From: Octopus bimaculoides
Lineage: Eukaryota
Assembly: GCF_001194135.2 (NCBI RefSeq)
Contig: NC_068984.1
Span: forward strand, 46,101,771 to 46,165,525
Reading direction: 5' to 3'
Length of the DNA: 63,755 bases
Numbering within the stretch: the first letter of the stretch is position 1; the number at the start of each line of letters is the position of its first letter. The notes beneath the pieces were generated by a model. The model saw only the letters and a program-made list of their open reading frames with translations, was not told the DNA's origin and did not search any database. Of this stretch, positions 11,952 through 25,300 are shown piece after piece. The position numbers and the translations under genes are program-made.

Positions 11952-13229
11952 AAAATCAAAACCGACAGAAACAAGCAGCCTCATATATNNNNNNNNNNNN
12001 NNNNNNNNNNNNNNNNNNNNNNNNNNNNNNNNNNNNNNNNNNNNNNNNNNNNNNNNNNNNNATAAGACAAGGTAGAAAATGCTAAAATAATTATATCATG
12101 AAATACATTTTGTAACGGTTAATACCAGTTCAGTCTTTTCGACTTTTTCAACTGAGAGTATAACAAAGGAGAATGTTAATTAAGAAGAAAAACAATTAAA
12201 TAGAAGAAAAAATTAAATGAATTGTTTAGTAAATATTTCCATAGTCTTCAAATAGGTAAGAAATTTTCCTTTTTTTTTTTTTTTTATCTCTCTCACTTTT
12301 CTTTTATGGAGGCTCGGTAGGTAGTAGCAGATCTGAAAAAAATAGTGTTTATGGGTGCAAAGAAATGTTTGGTTCTGAAGTTTGATGGTTTAAGCAGCAG
12401 CCGGGGAGGGTGAGGCGAATAAGGAGGAGGGGGAAGATGAAGAGGAAGCAAAAGTGAAAACATAGGCAGGAGAAGAAGAAGGAGACGAAGAAGAAGAAGG
12501 AGAATATAGATATTGTACCGCACTGACAACAAGGTGCTAGGTACAACATTATTGTCATTTTTATTCTGCTACCTCTATCTTACAATTCCATAAATATTTA
12601 CAAAATTTCCCAGTGTTGCTGTAAATTTGTAACAAATCCTCATGCGTATCAGCAAATTGCAATTCAATACGTTACCTTCTTCTCCAAGCTACAGGCTGAG
12701 AGCTCTAAGAATTGGCATGTTCTACTGAAAGCGAAACCGACGTAATAAACATAACCGAATCAATTGCTTACCGTTTACCATTACCATATTCATATTTAGA
12801 CCTGTCATTTTAAATGATATACTGCTTATGTTATATAGTAGCTCTCAAAGTGCAATTCATACTATTCTTAAATACATTATTGAGAACCTTTGTCTATATC
12901 TTAAAGTATATAATCAGAATACTGAAAGACTAAAGTATAGGTCAGGACCCATAGTAGGAATTAAAATTCCTACCCACTAAACTACACTAGATTCAATGAA
13001 ATTTATATATGCGCCAATGCCCTCGTGATTAAGGTTATTAACTTCAAATCTCAAATATAAGTTAGTGTTAGTTCCGGTTGGAATGCTCGTATAACATCCA
13101 ATAATACGAAAACTGATGAACAGAGTTCGAACCCTAGTGTACGAAAACTGATGATAGCGTTCGAACAGTAGTTCATTTAAAGTAGCGTTCTCAATTTATA
13201 ACTTTGCCGATTTCTAATAAAGTCACCTT

Positions 13230-13395
13230 AGCTGAAAAATTCAGTAGAAGGTGTAGTCAATTAAATAGAATCTAATACTTGTTTGGGGTTATATCATGAA
13301 CCTCACGAAGGGTGAGATTCAAAATCGATCTCAGCAGTATTTGAATAAATACCGAAAGACGTTTTGTCTACTGTTCTACTAATTCTGCTGCCAAT
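13230..13395 (-). mobile_element. SINE-A, strongly decayed
   Basis: Residual blocks (GTAGTCAATTAAAT, AAAATCGATCTCAGCAGTATTTGAA, ACTAATTCTGC) match the reverse complement of SINE-A. Confidence 0.4.
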
Positions 13396-13770
13396 CCAAA
13401 AGTATCTGAAAACTAGAACGATAGTAACAATAATCGACCAAATGGAAAACTACAGCAATTGTAAATCCAGACTAAATTACTATTACATACTCCATATATT
13501 ACTGCTCGAGCAATTGACTACATAGCTGAAGCTGAAGCTGAATGTCTATGCGAAACAGCTTGACGTCTTGAAATTCTTCTATAAAAGAAGGACAGAAAAG
13601 CTGATCAAATTCTACAAATTAAATCGAACAGTAACTGCGAAGAAATATGCATAGCTTTGCAGAAGTTTTAGGCATATTTTGATTGATGTTATTGTTGTCT
13701 AAATACCAACAAATTGATCTGGTCGCTTAGAGACAGGGTATTGTTCTGCAGATTGAATTTAGTGATGCAG

Positions 13771-13773
13771 AGA

Positions 13774-13844
<71 letters not shown>

Positions 13845-14461
13845 NNNNNNNNNNNNNNNNNNNNNNNNNNNNNNNNNNNNNNNNNNNNNNNNNNNNNNNN
13901 NNNNNNNNNNNNNNNNNNNNNNNNNNNNNNNNNNNNNNNNNNNNNNNNNNNNNNNNNNNNNNNNNNNNNNNNNNNNNNNNNNNNNNNNNNNNNNNNNNNN
14001 NNNNNNNNNNNNNNNNNNNNNNNNNNNNNNNNNNNNNNNNNNNNNNNNNNNNNNNNNNNNNNNNNNNNNNNNNNNNNNNNNNNNNNNNNNNNNNNNNNNN
14101 NNNNNNNNNNNNNNNNNNNNNNNNNNNNNNNNNNNNNNNNNNNNNNNNNNNNNNNNNNNNNNNNNNNNNNNNNNNNNNNNNNNNNNNNNNNNNNNNNNNN
14201 NNNNNNNNNNNNNNNNNNNNNNNNNNNNNNNNNNNNNNNNNNNNNNNNNNNNNNNNNNNNNNNNNNNNNNNNNNNNNNNNNNNNNNNNNNNNNNNNNNNN
14301 NNNNNNNNNNNNNNNNNNNNNNNNNNNNNNNNNNNNNNNNNNNNNNNNNNNNNNNNNNNNNNNNNNNNNNNNNNNNNNNNNNNNNNNNNNNNNNNNNNNN
14401 NNNNNNNNNNNNNNNNNNNNNNNNNNNNNNNNNNNNNNNNNNNNNNNNNNNNNNNNNNNNN

Positions 14462-14518
<57 letters not shown>
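13771..14518. repeat. (GA)n microsatellite spanning an N gap (13845-14461)
   Basis: (GA)n on both sides of the gap; source of the RERE/LSLS pseudo-ORFs. Confidence 0.95.
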
Positions 14519-14522
<4 letters not shown>

Positions 14523-15123
14523 AAGAAAGAGAGATGCATATGGATGTGCATGCATGTATATGCATGTGTGTTTTCGCAAGTATAATTCCAATTCTATAAT
14601 GCAGTGTTTCTCCATCCGCTTCAAACATGAAGTTTCAGTTGCTTGACTAATTTAATTATCTGATCAGTAAATTACCGTGCGAATGGCGGAACATTATACA
14701 GACTCGTGTAACTTTAACGTAATTCTCAAGCAGAAAAAAAAAGCATTACACAGTGTGGTGAAGCTAGACTGTTAATATATATATGTACAGCCCATCTGAC
14801 AGGTTCCTCAGCAGTTTTCACGCATCCTATGTCATTCGCAAGATCTAAGATTAAGGTAAATCACAGTTTCACAAAAAAAGCGCTTAAGTAGGTTTGAGTC
14901 TGGACTTAAAAGTGAAAGCTGCTCAGGGAGCGCGTCCAAATATTATATAAATCATAAAATACATACAGGTCTACGGATGGACATGGAAAATTACACCCAC
15001 ATACACCCACACACACACGTAGACACATACACACGTATAAACATACATACATATAGATATATATATACATACCTACATGCATAGATATACACATACCTAT
15101 ATACATATATATGTATACACACA

Positions 15124-15181
<58 letters not shown>

Positions 15182-15880
15182 CGCATGCATATATAGATAG
15201 AGGCACACCCGCGCACACACGCTCACGCACACTCACACATATATATATATATATATATACACATGTATATACAGATAGAGGCGCAGACGCACACACGCGC
15301 TCACACACACATACACACAAACACACACATACACACAAACACACACATACACACAAACACACACAAATTGATTGTCTTCCAGTTGGCTTCCATTTAATTA
15401 TTCAACGTTCGTATCTGATCATTTTCAGAAATTCATCGTTTTTTAGATCATAATGCTTGTTCTTTCATCATATAATTGATAAAGAGTTTCCGAACCAAAG
15501 TAAATCTCTACCAGACATGCAGCTACAGTTTCCGCAGAGTGTTATGCGCAGACACACAACTAAGGATAGATGCTCATTAAGCATCATTACGCTTCGTGCA
15601 AATTTCATAGCTCCTTAAAGCTATCATAACTGCGTTCCACCCATGCTACTACTGGTGATATCATCAAATTTTGAATTTATCCACAGATGATATGAACAGT
15701 AGTGACATCTAACTTCAAATCTCAGTGTTTGAATATTTCATTTATATATNNNNNNNNNNNNNNNNNNNNNNNNNNNNNNNNNNNNNNNNNNNNNNNNNNN
15801 NNNNNNNNNNNNNNNNNNNNNNNNNNNNNNNNNNNNNNNNNNNNNNNNNNNNNNNNNNNNNNNNNNNNNNNNNNNNNNNN

Positions 15881-15911
<31 letters not shown>

Positions 15912-15964
15912 TAGATAGATAGATAGATAAATAGATACATGTATGAAACAAAAACATACATGCA

Positions 15965-16166
15965 TAAAACGAAACATTTACAAGAGCTGCGGGAGATTCC
16001 GAAGTCGTCTGGTGGCCATGGTTTAAACCAATAGCGATTTTATTTATACTTTCGTTGTTCAAGATATTTTTTATGTCATATTTATAAATATATCTGTTAA
16101 AATGAGATGTCAGTGTTATTTTCGCCTTTGCGTAATTTATGACGATAGTTTATTCATTGCACCCTG
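15965..16166 (-). mobile_element. Tc1/mariner-superfamily left-end fragment
   Basis: Minus strand begins TA|CAGGGTGCAATGAATAAACTATCG (TIR-like, similar to 46916). Downstream translation NKIAIGLNHGHQTTSESPAALVNVS resembles a transposase N-terminal HTH. Confidence 0.45.
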
Positions 16167-16191
16167 TATATACACACATACACTCGCACCG

Positions 16192-16410
16192 TATGGCTCA
16201 GTGATTAGGCCATCAATCCTACAATACTGAGGTTGTGAGTTCGATTCCCGGACCGGACTGTGTGTGGTGTTCTTGAGCAAGACACTTTACCTCACGTTAC
16301 TTCAGTTCATTTAGCTTTAGAAATGTGTTGCGACATCACTTGTGGCAAGCTGTATTGGCTTTCGCCTTTCCCTTGGATAACATCGGTGGCGTGGAGAGGG
16401 AAGAATGGTG
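16192..16410 (+). mobile_element. SINE-B, tRNA-derived SINE with CORE-like central segment
   Basis: A-box-like TGGCTCAGTG (16194), B-box GAGTTCGATTCC (16237), then GTGTTCTTGAGCAAGACACTTTA core-like motif. No tRNA cloverleaf 3' end. Confidence 0.75.
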
Positions 16411-17940
16411 TGTATATATGTATGTATATGGACATATGTGTGCGTATGTATGTCTTTGTGATATGTTCATCTACATGCACATTTGTTCATGAGATGGAAA
16501 TTTAGTTATTCGGTGAACTGAATTAGTTTCTGATTAAATCAATGTAGGAGTGGGTAAGTATTTGATATGGGCGTGTACCCTTCAGCTCTTTCTCGGACAG
16601 ATTCATAATGACGCAGTGTACAACATTTTGAATCACAAGCGCATCTATAAATCACAAATACAATCAAATCCAAAGTGCTTCCATACAAAATTGCATTATT
16701 TTTTGAAATGTGCTCGTGCAGATAAACAGACAAAATAGCTAAGTTTATGGATGTATTTATATAGGTCCCCACACATATGAATTTGGTATTGTTACACCCA
16801 CAAAGATACAGATCGTATAGTGTATACACACACAAACACAGACGCGCGCGCACATACACACACATTGAATTTTCAACTCTATCAAAGCGTATTTTCAATA
16901 TACTTTAATCTGCGCAAAGCATACACATTTGCTACACAAAAACATGCACTATAAACTGTATACTATATCAGAAACATGCCTTTGGTAGCATAACTATCAA
17001 TTGATAGTCGCCTTGTTTCAAAATAAGAAAACAGCACTTAAAGTATATATCCTTCACATCTGGTCTGCGTGGTAATGGCAGATTGTTCTTCTGATACTTG
17101 AAACAGACTCTCAAGGGTAACAATTTTTAAAATATTGAAACAATGATCTTTTGGATGAGGTAATGGCATTCCCTATAAATTTAGTAATGATATGATGTCT
17201 ACACGTTCAGGGAATTACATGGCATTCAGATATATGGTCTGTAAAGTGACCAAGTCTACATCACGTAGTTATACAAAAAACGAAACAAAGCAATATAATC
17301 CACTTTATAGTGATAAAATCTCGACAGAAAGGCACCATATTACATGGAATTCGAAGTAATATCCTCACCGTTACAGTAGTATATACACACTCGTTTGAGG
17401 GTTGATATTTATTGAGCAAATCAATATTTTCATTGAGATGTGCTTAAAGTACATCAATAATTTATACAAATTTCAATGCTTCTTTTATGCATAACTAAAG
17501 AAAATTTTTATTTGCTTTCCAAGAACTATTTGTCAAATATTTTAGAAGATTACGATGCTATGAAAGATGTCTCCTGATTCTGAAAACAGTGGAAATATCG
17601 TCTGATTTGCATAAATGCACGTCTTTCTCTACACCACATCATTCCCCTTTTCGGTAATGTAATGTTGTCTGCGTATATTTTTAAGTAAATATTTGTCACT
17701 AGGGGCGGTGTTAAGACGACAGGCATACGGTTGTTGCATTTCTTTTCCCACATGCCATGTTCAATTCTTGTTGAAATACATTGGCAAGTATACTCAAAAC
17801 AGTACCCTAAAAGTTTCGACACAGTTGTCTATTATCTCCTGTGAAAATGCAATGCACGTTTTATTCCTAAGATAAATTTTATCATAAAAAAAAAAAAATC
17901 TACACTGAGAATCGTGGTTGTCGCAATTCCCATCCTCCAG

Positions 17941-18029
17941 ATGATCGAATTCAAGAATGTATTTTACCGATTGGTATATGTCTTCCGTTACTTCAAATTT
18001 CAAGCCACTCCCTTCATTACATTAGAGAG
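17941..18029 (+). CDS. Candidate internal exon, product unknown
   Basis: Acceptor caattcccatcctccAG and consensus donor GAG|GTGAGT. Two of three frames are open (MIEFKNVFYRLVYVFRYFKFQATPFITLE or DDRIQECILPIGICLPLLQISSHSLHYIRE). No recognisable homology. Confidence 0.2.
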
Positions 18030-18930
18030 GTGAGTAAACGCTTATCAAATCATATGTTCAGTAACACAATAAACAATATGATACCACTGTAAGCAATGAA
18101 CAGTACAAGACTAGTTCTTGTTCTTCACTATCTTGTTGTTCTTTAGTTTAGATAAGTACTGACAAGGTAGGTTTGTCATTGATTATGTTGAATGTTTGAT
18201 AAACAGGCCATCTGTTTGTTTATCAAATATTCCATATCCAAGACTACATAATTCTTCCAAGAATGCAAGATTTAACTCAGGAAAAACATGATCGTTTATC
18301 TGACGGCTCGAACAGGCACAGAGAATAGTCTTAGCGCTTTAGAGAATATTTACGCTGTTGCTGTATTTTACCCTCTAACTGAACTTATTATCACAGACTA
18401 TGATCTATGTCATTTCAGCCTTGTCTTCTTCCCCTTTGTTTCCAGCGATTCGTTATCCAGCGTTTTCAATGATCAGTTATGATCTGAGGACGATTTAGTC
18501 GTTATTTTCTCCAGGAAGTCAAATCTTACGCATTGCTGCGTCGAGTGTAATGTTCTTTACTCACTGACATTACCTTATGGAAATTTAGCCTTTGCTTTTG
18601 CAAAGTCCAGCAAACACGCATATGTTCATTCAGAATTTCATAATCTATTCAGAATGATCAGACTCATATTTTCCCTTGTAAGGATATATATTATGAACAC
18701 TAGTGATATCAACCTAGAAGCCACAACTGAAGACCAGACTATTCCTTTTGGAATAAAATTGGTGATGTAGCTATCAATCACTCTAAACAATATTATGTTG
18801 TTTGGCAATGAACCCAAAATATTAAAAGCTTCAAAGCAGAATTGGCTACGGAATTGGTAGATACATATTTTATAAAGCTAAAATAAGTCATTAGAGTTTT
18901 AGGGGAATAATTAATCAAAATTAACGTCGA

Positions 18931-18977
<47 letters not shown>

Positions 18978-19242
18978 TTACTTATATGATTACGTACTTT
19001 GTTACGTATCGATTTATCCATTAGTTGATTTTCCTCTTTTCCTCAAATTTCATTCTCTTCCTGGTTCTCTTTCTTGCAATTTTTCTTTAGATATATTCAG
19101 ACATCAATACCTACCCACGTACATAGGTACACAAATATATGAATACATATACATACATGCATACATACATACATACATATACGTAATATTAGTTGTATGT
19201 ATGTATTTATGTACGTACGTATGTATGTGTGTATATATCTTT

Positions 19243-19614
19243 TATCTTTTACTTGTTTCAGTCATTAGAATTTTAGTCGAATAAATCGACACCAGTAATT
19301 ATTTTTTAAGCCTGGTACTTATTCTATCAGTCTCTTTTGCCGAACCACTAAGTTACGGGGACTTAAACACACCGACACTTGTTGCCAAGCGATAATGGGG
19401 AGACAAACATAATCACAAAAATACACACACATATATATACAGATATATTAACGACGGGCTTCTTTCATTTTCTGTCTACCAAGTCCACTCACAAGGACTT
19501 GGGCAACCCGAGGCTGTAGTAGAAGACACTTGCTCAAGGTACCACGCAGTAGGACTGAACTCGGAAACATGTGGTTGGAAAGCAAGATTCTTACCATACA
19601 ACAACTCCTGTGCC
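19243..19614 (-). mobile_element. SINE-C, near full-length tRNA-derived SINE
   Basis: Minus strand: GGCACAGGAG...GTATGGTAAG (A-box-like), GAGTTCAGTCC (B-box-like), CCTTGAGCAAGTGTCTTCTACTACAGCCTCGGG core, internal GT/AT microsatellite, 3' end AATGACTGAAACAAGTAAAAGA. Confidence 0.8.
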
Positions 19615-20045
19615 AAATAAATATAACTTTTGCATATAATATTGCTTGTGTTAATATTAGTTACTTTTTAATAAGCGCACCGACTATTTGCGACACTATT
19701 CTGCATAATATCTCTGACAGGGGAAACAGCTGCTATGTTTAGCCGCAGATGTCTCATTGACGAGGTTAGCGATGGCCGCACTCAGGTTATCCAGCTGTTT
19801 GAGCGACCGCAGCGGACGGTTATCGCCCGCTAGCGAGATAAACAGGAGTACTTTTATGCACCAAGAGTCCATATGAGAGGTCCTCTCATGGTAAATAATA
19901 CAGAATTCTGTCTTATAGCCGAACATGCACATTAAGGTGTGTGTCAGTGGCTTTATATATTTTTTTACAGTGTCTGTGTGTGGGGTGAACCTGTGAGCTA
20001 ATATATTAATACTGTTTCTGTCGCAATTATTTATCTTTCTTTCTT

Positions 20046-20109
<64 letters not shown>

Positions 20110-20661
20110 GTATATATCTGTCTGTCTGTCTATCTGTCTGTCTGTCTGTCTGTCTGTTTGTTTGTCTGTCTATCTATCTGTCTCTCTCTGTATGTATGTG
20201 CGTATGTATGTGTGTACGTCTGTGTGTGTGTATGTGTGTGTGTATGTGTGTGCGTGTGTCTACATATACATAAATGTTGAGGAAAATCCATATAGGCTCA
20301 ATAATTTAATTATACATATATTCTGCCACAGATCAATGCGTATCAGTCTTTAAATATTAAAACATATTAAAAAATATAATGAAGGAGGCAGTATCCAATT
20401 TTTGGAGTGAAACTACCCTTAAAATCTGGTCGTAAGAGGAATATTTACATGTTTTTTTAAATATTCCAGTCTCAACGCTAGAATTTTTTTTGTATTCGCT
20501 CTTCGAAAGACTACATTATTCACGTTTTTGAAAGGGCATACTTTTATTCTTAATAATTTTGACAACGCCGCTGTAACCTAAATTCACTCATCTATTTATA
20601 TATGTATAGTAGATTATTAAACAATTGTGTTTTCATGAATTTTTTATATATTTTTTTTCAT

Positions 20662-20708
20662 TTTATCTAGTTTCAGCTCATGAGCTGTGGCCATGCTGGA
20701 GCACCGCC
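20662..20708 (-). mobile_element. SINE-C 3' fragment
   Basis: GTTTCAGCTCATGAGCTGTGGCCATGCTGGAGCACCGCC matches the family 3' block also seen at about 24970-25020 and 25645-25690. Confidence 0.55.
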
Positions 20709-22815
20709 ATTATGTGTTAATATTTTAACGACTGATACATTGGAATATTTTAAAGAATTATATGTATTCATGTGTGACAGAACATATGTACAATTAAATT
20801 GTTAACCTATCTGAAATTCTCTTTAACATTTTTTAAAATACCTTTGCGTCTCGGGCTTTTTATCTGAAGACTTCAGACAACTGCTTACAACATAAACAAA
20901 GAAATTTTACTATTTATAAACATATATATATANNNNNNNNNNNNNNNNNNNNNNNNNNNNNNNNNNNNNNNNNNNNNNNNNNNNNNNNNNNNNNNNNNNN
21001 NNNNNNNNNNNNNNNNNNNNNNNNNNNNNNNNNNNNNNNNNNNNNNNNNNNNNNNNNNNNNNNNNNNNNNNNNNNNNNNNNNNNNNNNNNNNNNNNNNNN
21101 NNNNNNNNNNNNNNNNNNNNNNNNNNNNNNNNNNNNNNNNNNNNNNNNNNNNNNNNNNNNNNNNNNNNNNNNNNNNNNNNNNNNNNNNNNNNNNNNNNNN
21201 NNNNNNNNNNNNNNNNNNNNNNNNNNNNNNNNNNNNNNNNNNNNNNNNNNNNNNNNNNNNNNNNNNNNNNNNNNNNNNNNNNNNNNNNNNNNNNNNNNNN
21301 NNNNNNNNNNNNNNNNNNNNNNNNNNNNNNNNNNNNNNNNNNNNNNNNNNNNNNNNNNNNNNNNNNNNNNNNNNNNNNNNNNNNNNNNNNNNNNNNNNNN
21401 NNNNNNNNNNNNNNNNNNNNNNNNNNNNNNNNNNNNNNNNNNNNNNNNNNNNNNNNNNNNNNNNNNNNNNNNNNNNNNNNNNNNNNNNNNNNNNNNNNNN
21501 NNNNNNNNNNNNNNNNNNNNNNNNNNNNNNNNNNNNNNNNNNNNNNNNNNNNNNNNNNNNNATATATATATATATATATACACACATATACTTAGAAAGA
21601 AATATATTAGTGTAGGCATGTTTGTGTGCGAGTGCATGTGTGTGGTTGTTGGTGCATATGCACATGTGTGTAATAAATATAGAATACGCCAAATGTTATT
21701 GAAGCTTTTTGTTATTAGTTTATATTACATCTTAAGTGTGATCGAGAGAATTATTGCATATGATAGTGTGACATAATATATATAATATTTTATCATATCA
21801 CTAATAAAAATCCTTTGATTCTCTACATGGAGTCCGACGTCTCTGTAGAATAAAGACAATGAATTAACTCTGCGGAATATTTCTATTCGTTGCCTTTATT
21901 CGGTATCTTCCGATGCTTTTATTTTGTAACTATCCAGAACACCAAACTGCGAAAAATATATAACGTCATTGATTTATTGTTCAGACTAAAATTTTATTAC
22001 AATATGCAGAAAGAGAAAATAGATAACAGTACGACTATCAGCTGATCTCTGTCTTGCTTAGATCCTCACGAACAACGGCCAGGCATATGAGTAAATACAT
22101 TCAAGCTGTAACTCTTTTGTTTGCTTTACAAGATAAACCTTGTCATTCTGCAAGATAGTTTGGTGTGATAGAAAGGAAATTCCAATGCTATTTCTGACCG
22201 CTTCAACGACCACGCAGAGGTTTCCTTGTTGGCTGCAGTATTTAAAATGCAATGTAGTGCGATATAACGGTAGCTCCCTCTATTAAATGTTAAATAGCAT
22301 CCAATTGTGCATAAATACTTGTTCGAGTGCAAGGCCCCAAAATAGTTTTGTCTTGCGTATCGAAAACAAGAATTTCTATTAGCTTGTAATTAATTGACTG
22401 ATTACAATACATTTACAATATTCATTATGACAACTCTAGTAGTTTAAGGGGAGCAAGAAGGTTTGCATTACTTTCAATATAGAAACACACTCAAACACAC
22501 GCTTGCACGCACACATACATATTTGTGCGTGTGTGTGCGTCTGCGTGTATATATATTTACATATATATATATTCATGAGTGTCTATGTGTGTGAATATTT
22601 TATACATATGTGCTCATCTATAACATAAACACACTCACATTTCGATATAGGTGTGCGTATGCATGTATGTACACACACACACACACACGCACACACATAC
22701 ACACACACATATGTATATATTTATATGATATATAATGTATATAAACATGTATGAAATATATTGTACATATATATACGTACATATATCTATATCTATATCC
22801 ATATCTACCTATTTG

Positions 22816-22882
<67 letters not shown>

Positions 22883-23602
22883 GCGCGTGTGTATAATCTT
22901 GCGTAGATTAAGGGATAAATATGTCTCCTCCAACCAGTAGTTTGGTTAATCCTGCTAATTGCAGTTGGTAAGTTCTTGAATGTTAACTGTACATTAATTC
23001 CAATTGCCTCTGGAACAATGACGCTATCGCAAATGAAACGAAGACCATGCATAACATTTCAATTCCCTGATGTGCACGATGAAGGAAAGGTAGCGTGAAA
23101 ATATAGCAATACGGAATTGAAAACCCTATATAATTTCAATATTAGCAAAAATATGTCAGAATCAATACAACCCACACACAACGTTGCATTGAAAACATTA
23201 TTATTTTTTGTTTTTATACGTTAAGCACACACCAGCTCATATCTGAATGCGGTTATGTACGAGTAAATATATGAGTGTGTGTATATGCATACATTCATAC
23301 ATATAAATATATATAAATATATACATAGATATATATGTATGCATATGCCTGTATATTAATTATATGAGTGGGAGTCTCATGTTTTTATATTGGATTCTTT
23401 CACTGACTAATGGTCAGCTTTGGATTTGTATAATCTCTTAGAAATATATGCTTCATTTATTCTACCCGGCACACGAACAATATAAAAATACACGCAATAT
23501 GCATTCACACATAACACCTATGACATATACTCACATAGCACATACATATGAATATATATAATTATACACACACACAGAGACATACACACATACACACACG
23601 TA

Positions 23603-23633
<31 letters not shown>

Positions 23634-24145
23634 NNNNNNNNNNNNNNNNNNNNNNNNNNNNNNNNNNNNNNNNNNNNNNNNNNNNNNNNNNNNNNNNNNN
23701 NNNNNNNNNNNNNNNNNNNNNNNNNNNNNNNNNNNNNNNNNNNNNNNNNNNNNNNNNNNNNNNNNNNNNNNNNNNNNNNNNNNNNNNNNNNNNNNNNNNN
23801 NNNNNNNNNNNNNNNNNNNNNNNNNNNNNNNNNNNNNNNNNNNNNNNNNNNNNNNNNNNNNNNNNNNNNNNNNNNNNNNNNNNNNNNNNNNNNNNNNNNN
23901 NNNNNNNNNNNNNNNNNNNNNNNNNNNNNNNNNNNNNNNNNNNNNNNNNNNNNNNNNNNNNNNNNNNNNNNNNNNNNNNNNNNNNNNNNNNNNNNNNNNN
24001 NNNNNNNNNNNNNNNNNNNNNNNNNNNNNNNNNNNNNNNNNNNNNNNNNNNNNNNNNNNNNNNNNNNNNNNNNNNNNNNNNNNNNNNNNNNNNNNNNNNN
24101 NNNNNNNNNNNNNNNNNNNNNNNNNNNNNNNNNNNNNNNNNNNNN

Positions 24146-24182
<37 letters not shown>

Positions 24183-24969
24183 GTATATAGATATATATAT
24201 TTGTAACGAGGTGAAAAGAGAGGGAGAGGGAAAGAGAATTGGAGGAGAGAGAGAGAGAGAGAGAGAGTGAGAGACATCGAGAGGTTAGTGGGATTGCACC
24301 GGTTCTTGAATTTGTTTGCTGAAGCTGAAGGTAGTCCCGACCGACACGGAAACGTTATGACGTAAACGAAAATCTGTAAGTGTCAAGTGACTCCGCCCAC
24401 ACACTCTAGCAATTCCGTTGGCCATTAAAGTTTTGACGTGTTGCAGCTCCTAATAAACTTTATTTCCTTGTATTTATAAACCCAAGGTGCATTTACACAT
24501 TTCATTTATATATACAAATTAGTGTATGTGATTGTGTAGGTGTGTATGTGGGAGCGGTGTGCGCAGATGTGTATTTGTGTCTATGTGGATATAGATGTAA
24601 ATTCATATTTACGCACGCACACATACACACGCACGCGCACCCACCTACACACCCACACACATACACACACACACAAACAAACACACAAGTAAACACACAT
24701 ACTAACAGAGCAATCACTTTAATAGAAATGAGACCGGAGCAGACCAAGTATGTGATGGTTGGACGGTAATATCCACAACCTCAATTGGTCACACTGAGAA
24801 ATCCTGTAGGAAAATCTAATTATAGCTGCTTCTGAGTAGACCTTATGGAAAAGTTAGCTGAGGAATATACTAAGTGGACCCTCTCTGGGGAAGATGTGTG
24901 TGTGTGTATTATGTATGTATGTATGTATATATACATATATACATATATATAATATATATCTTTTAAGTT

Positions 24970-25300
24970 TGTTTTTACTTGTTTAGGTCATCGGAATCTG
25001 GCCATGCTGGGTCACTCCCTTGTATGGTTTTTGTCGACCGAATTGCTCCCATGACTTATTTTTATTAGACTTGTACATATTTTATCCGTCTCTTTTGCCG
25101 AACAAACTGGTTGTCATACATACATACATACATACATACATACACACACATACACACATATTTATATATGCACAACAGGCTTTTTTACTTAATTTCTGTC
25201 TAACAAATGAACTCGCAAATCATTCGTTAACCTGGGACTATAGCAGAGAGCCCAAGCCCGAGGTACTACGCTGTGACACTGAACTCAGAGCTAAGTGATT
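24970..25300 (-). mobile_element. SINE-C, decayed copy
   Basis: TTTTACTTGTTT.GGTCAT...GGCCATGCTGG, TCTCTTTTGCCGAAC, internal CATA repeat and GACTATAGCAGAGAG...GAGGTACTACGC.G blocks are collinear with 19243-19614. Confidence 0.6.

Noticed and set aside
13105-13170. Two CTGATGA words in a short tandem duplication (TACGAAAACTGATGA...GTTCGAAC)
   Set aside because: Followed by GAAC rather than GAAA, with no 10.1:11.1 pair; better explained as a local duplication.
13510-13572. CATAG...CTATG-CGAAACAGCTT, resembling a decayed hammerhead
   Set aside because: The core reads TTGACTA rather than CTGANGA and stems I and III are broken; at most a dead remnant.
16192-16260. tRNA gene (also considered for SINE-A and SINE-C heads)
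   Set aside because: A/B-box-like motifs are present, but there is no complete cloverleaf or terminator and the sequence continues into a SINE body.
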